The notes under the pieces are model-generated. The model made no database searches, was not told where the DNA came from, and saw nothing but the letters and a program-made list of their open reading frames with translations. This document shows positions 63,443 through 64,000 of a stretch of DNA of 64,000 nt, in pieces (within the stretch, counting starts at the first letter, position 1; each line of letters begins with the position of its first letter). The DNA is from Atractiella rhizophila (taxonomy: Eukaryota): assembly GCA_021432655.1 (NCBI GenBank), contig MU271205.1, positions 1 to 64,000 on the forward strand. Direction: 5' to 3'. The position numbers and the translations under genes are program-made.

Positions 63443-64000
63443 ATGGCCAGTTCTACAGCGATATCTCTCTCACGCACCGGGTCGAGCTCTACCAGCAGGT
63501 CCCGCAGACACCCCTCCCCCGCAATACCTTTCCTCCCGCCACCGCCAATCGAGGAGGAGTTGTCATCTTTTGCCAAGGGAGAGCTCACTGCACAAGGACA
63601 GGTTGTTGGCGGATTGACAGAGGTTGATTTGAGGAGTCCAGTGCTTAGAAGCGCAGAACCATCTACGAGTAAGAGGTGAGTTCCTTCCCGAATTATCGTT
63701 CTTTGGACATAGTGTGAATATGCATGGTTTTGTGTACAGGACGTTATTCTCCTTCCTCCCCATTTCTTTTCTCTACCACACATCCCCACCAAATAACCCG
63801 AGAGATCTCCCATCAACGGACCGTCGAGCTGAATGTACTTCTTCGAATGCATCGACGATTCCAATCGGACAGGATATCGCCTCACCTCTCCTCCAATCTT
63901 CGCACGAGCAATCGCGATTCGCGGCAGTATTACGACCGCTAGTTCCACCCAAAGACGACACAGGAGACCTGTCCACCCTCCATCTCCTCCCGCAATCTAC
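63443..64000 (+). CDS. Hypothetical protein, 5' part only (truncated by the window)
   Basis: ATG exon, GTGAGT..CAG intron, frame open to the window end; divergent from RFA3. Confidence 0.55.

Overview
Eukaryotic, intron-rich fungal DNA, most likely a basidiomycete (many ~50-nt GT..AG introns with CTAAC/CTGAC branch points). No prokaryotic features or CRISPR array are present. The left end holds a decayed, internally deleted Helitron (minus strand) with subterminal repeats and a tRNA-like Pol III cassette. A gene-dense block follows: SAL1-type EF-hand mitochondrial carrier, RBA50/RPAP1, ALG11, NUD1/Cdc11, MSB2-type mucin, TRM44, a possible PRAS40-like protein, a small Zn2Cys6 factor beside an MFS transporter, a small secreted protein, PHO85, an SRPK-type kinase, a WDR7-like protein, H2A.Z, a MARVEL-like protein and RFA3. 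The most striking unexplained signal is three oversized first introns (420 nt in ALG11, 728 nt in the PRAS40-like gene, 407 nt in H2A.Z). Each contains several stems whose G-U pairs work only on the transcribed strand, so they are candidate intronic structured ncRNAs or splicing-control elements. Exon boundaries and stems were read by eye, and gene coordinates span introns.
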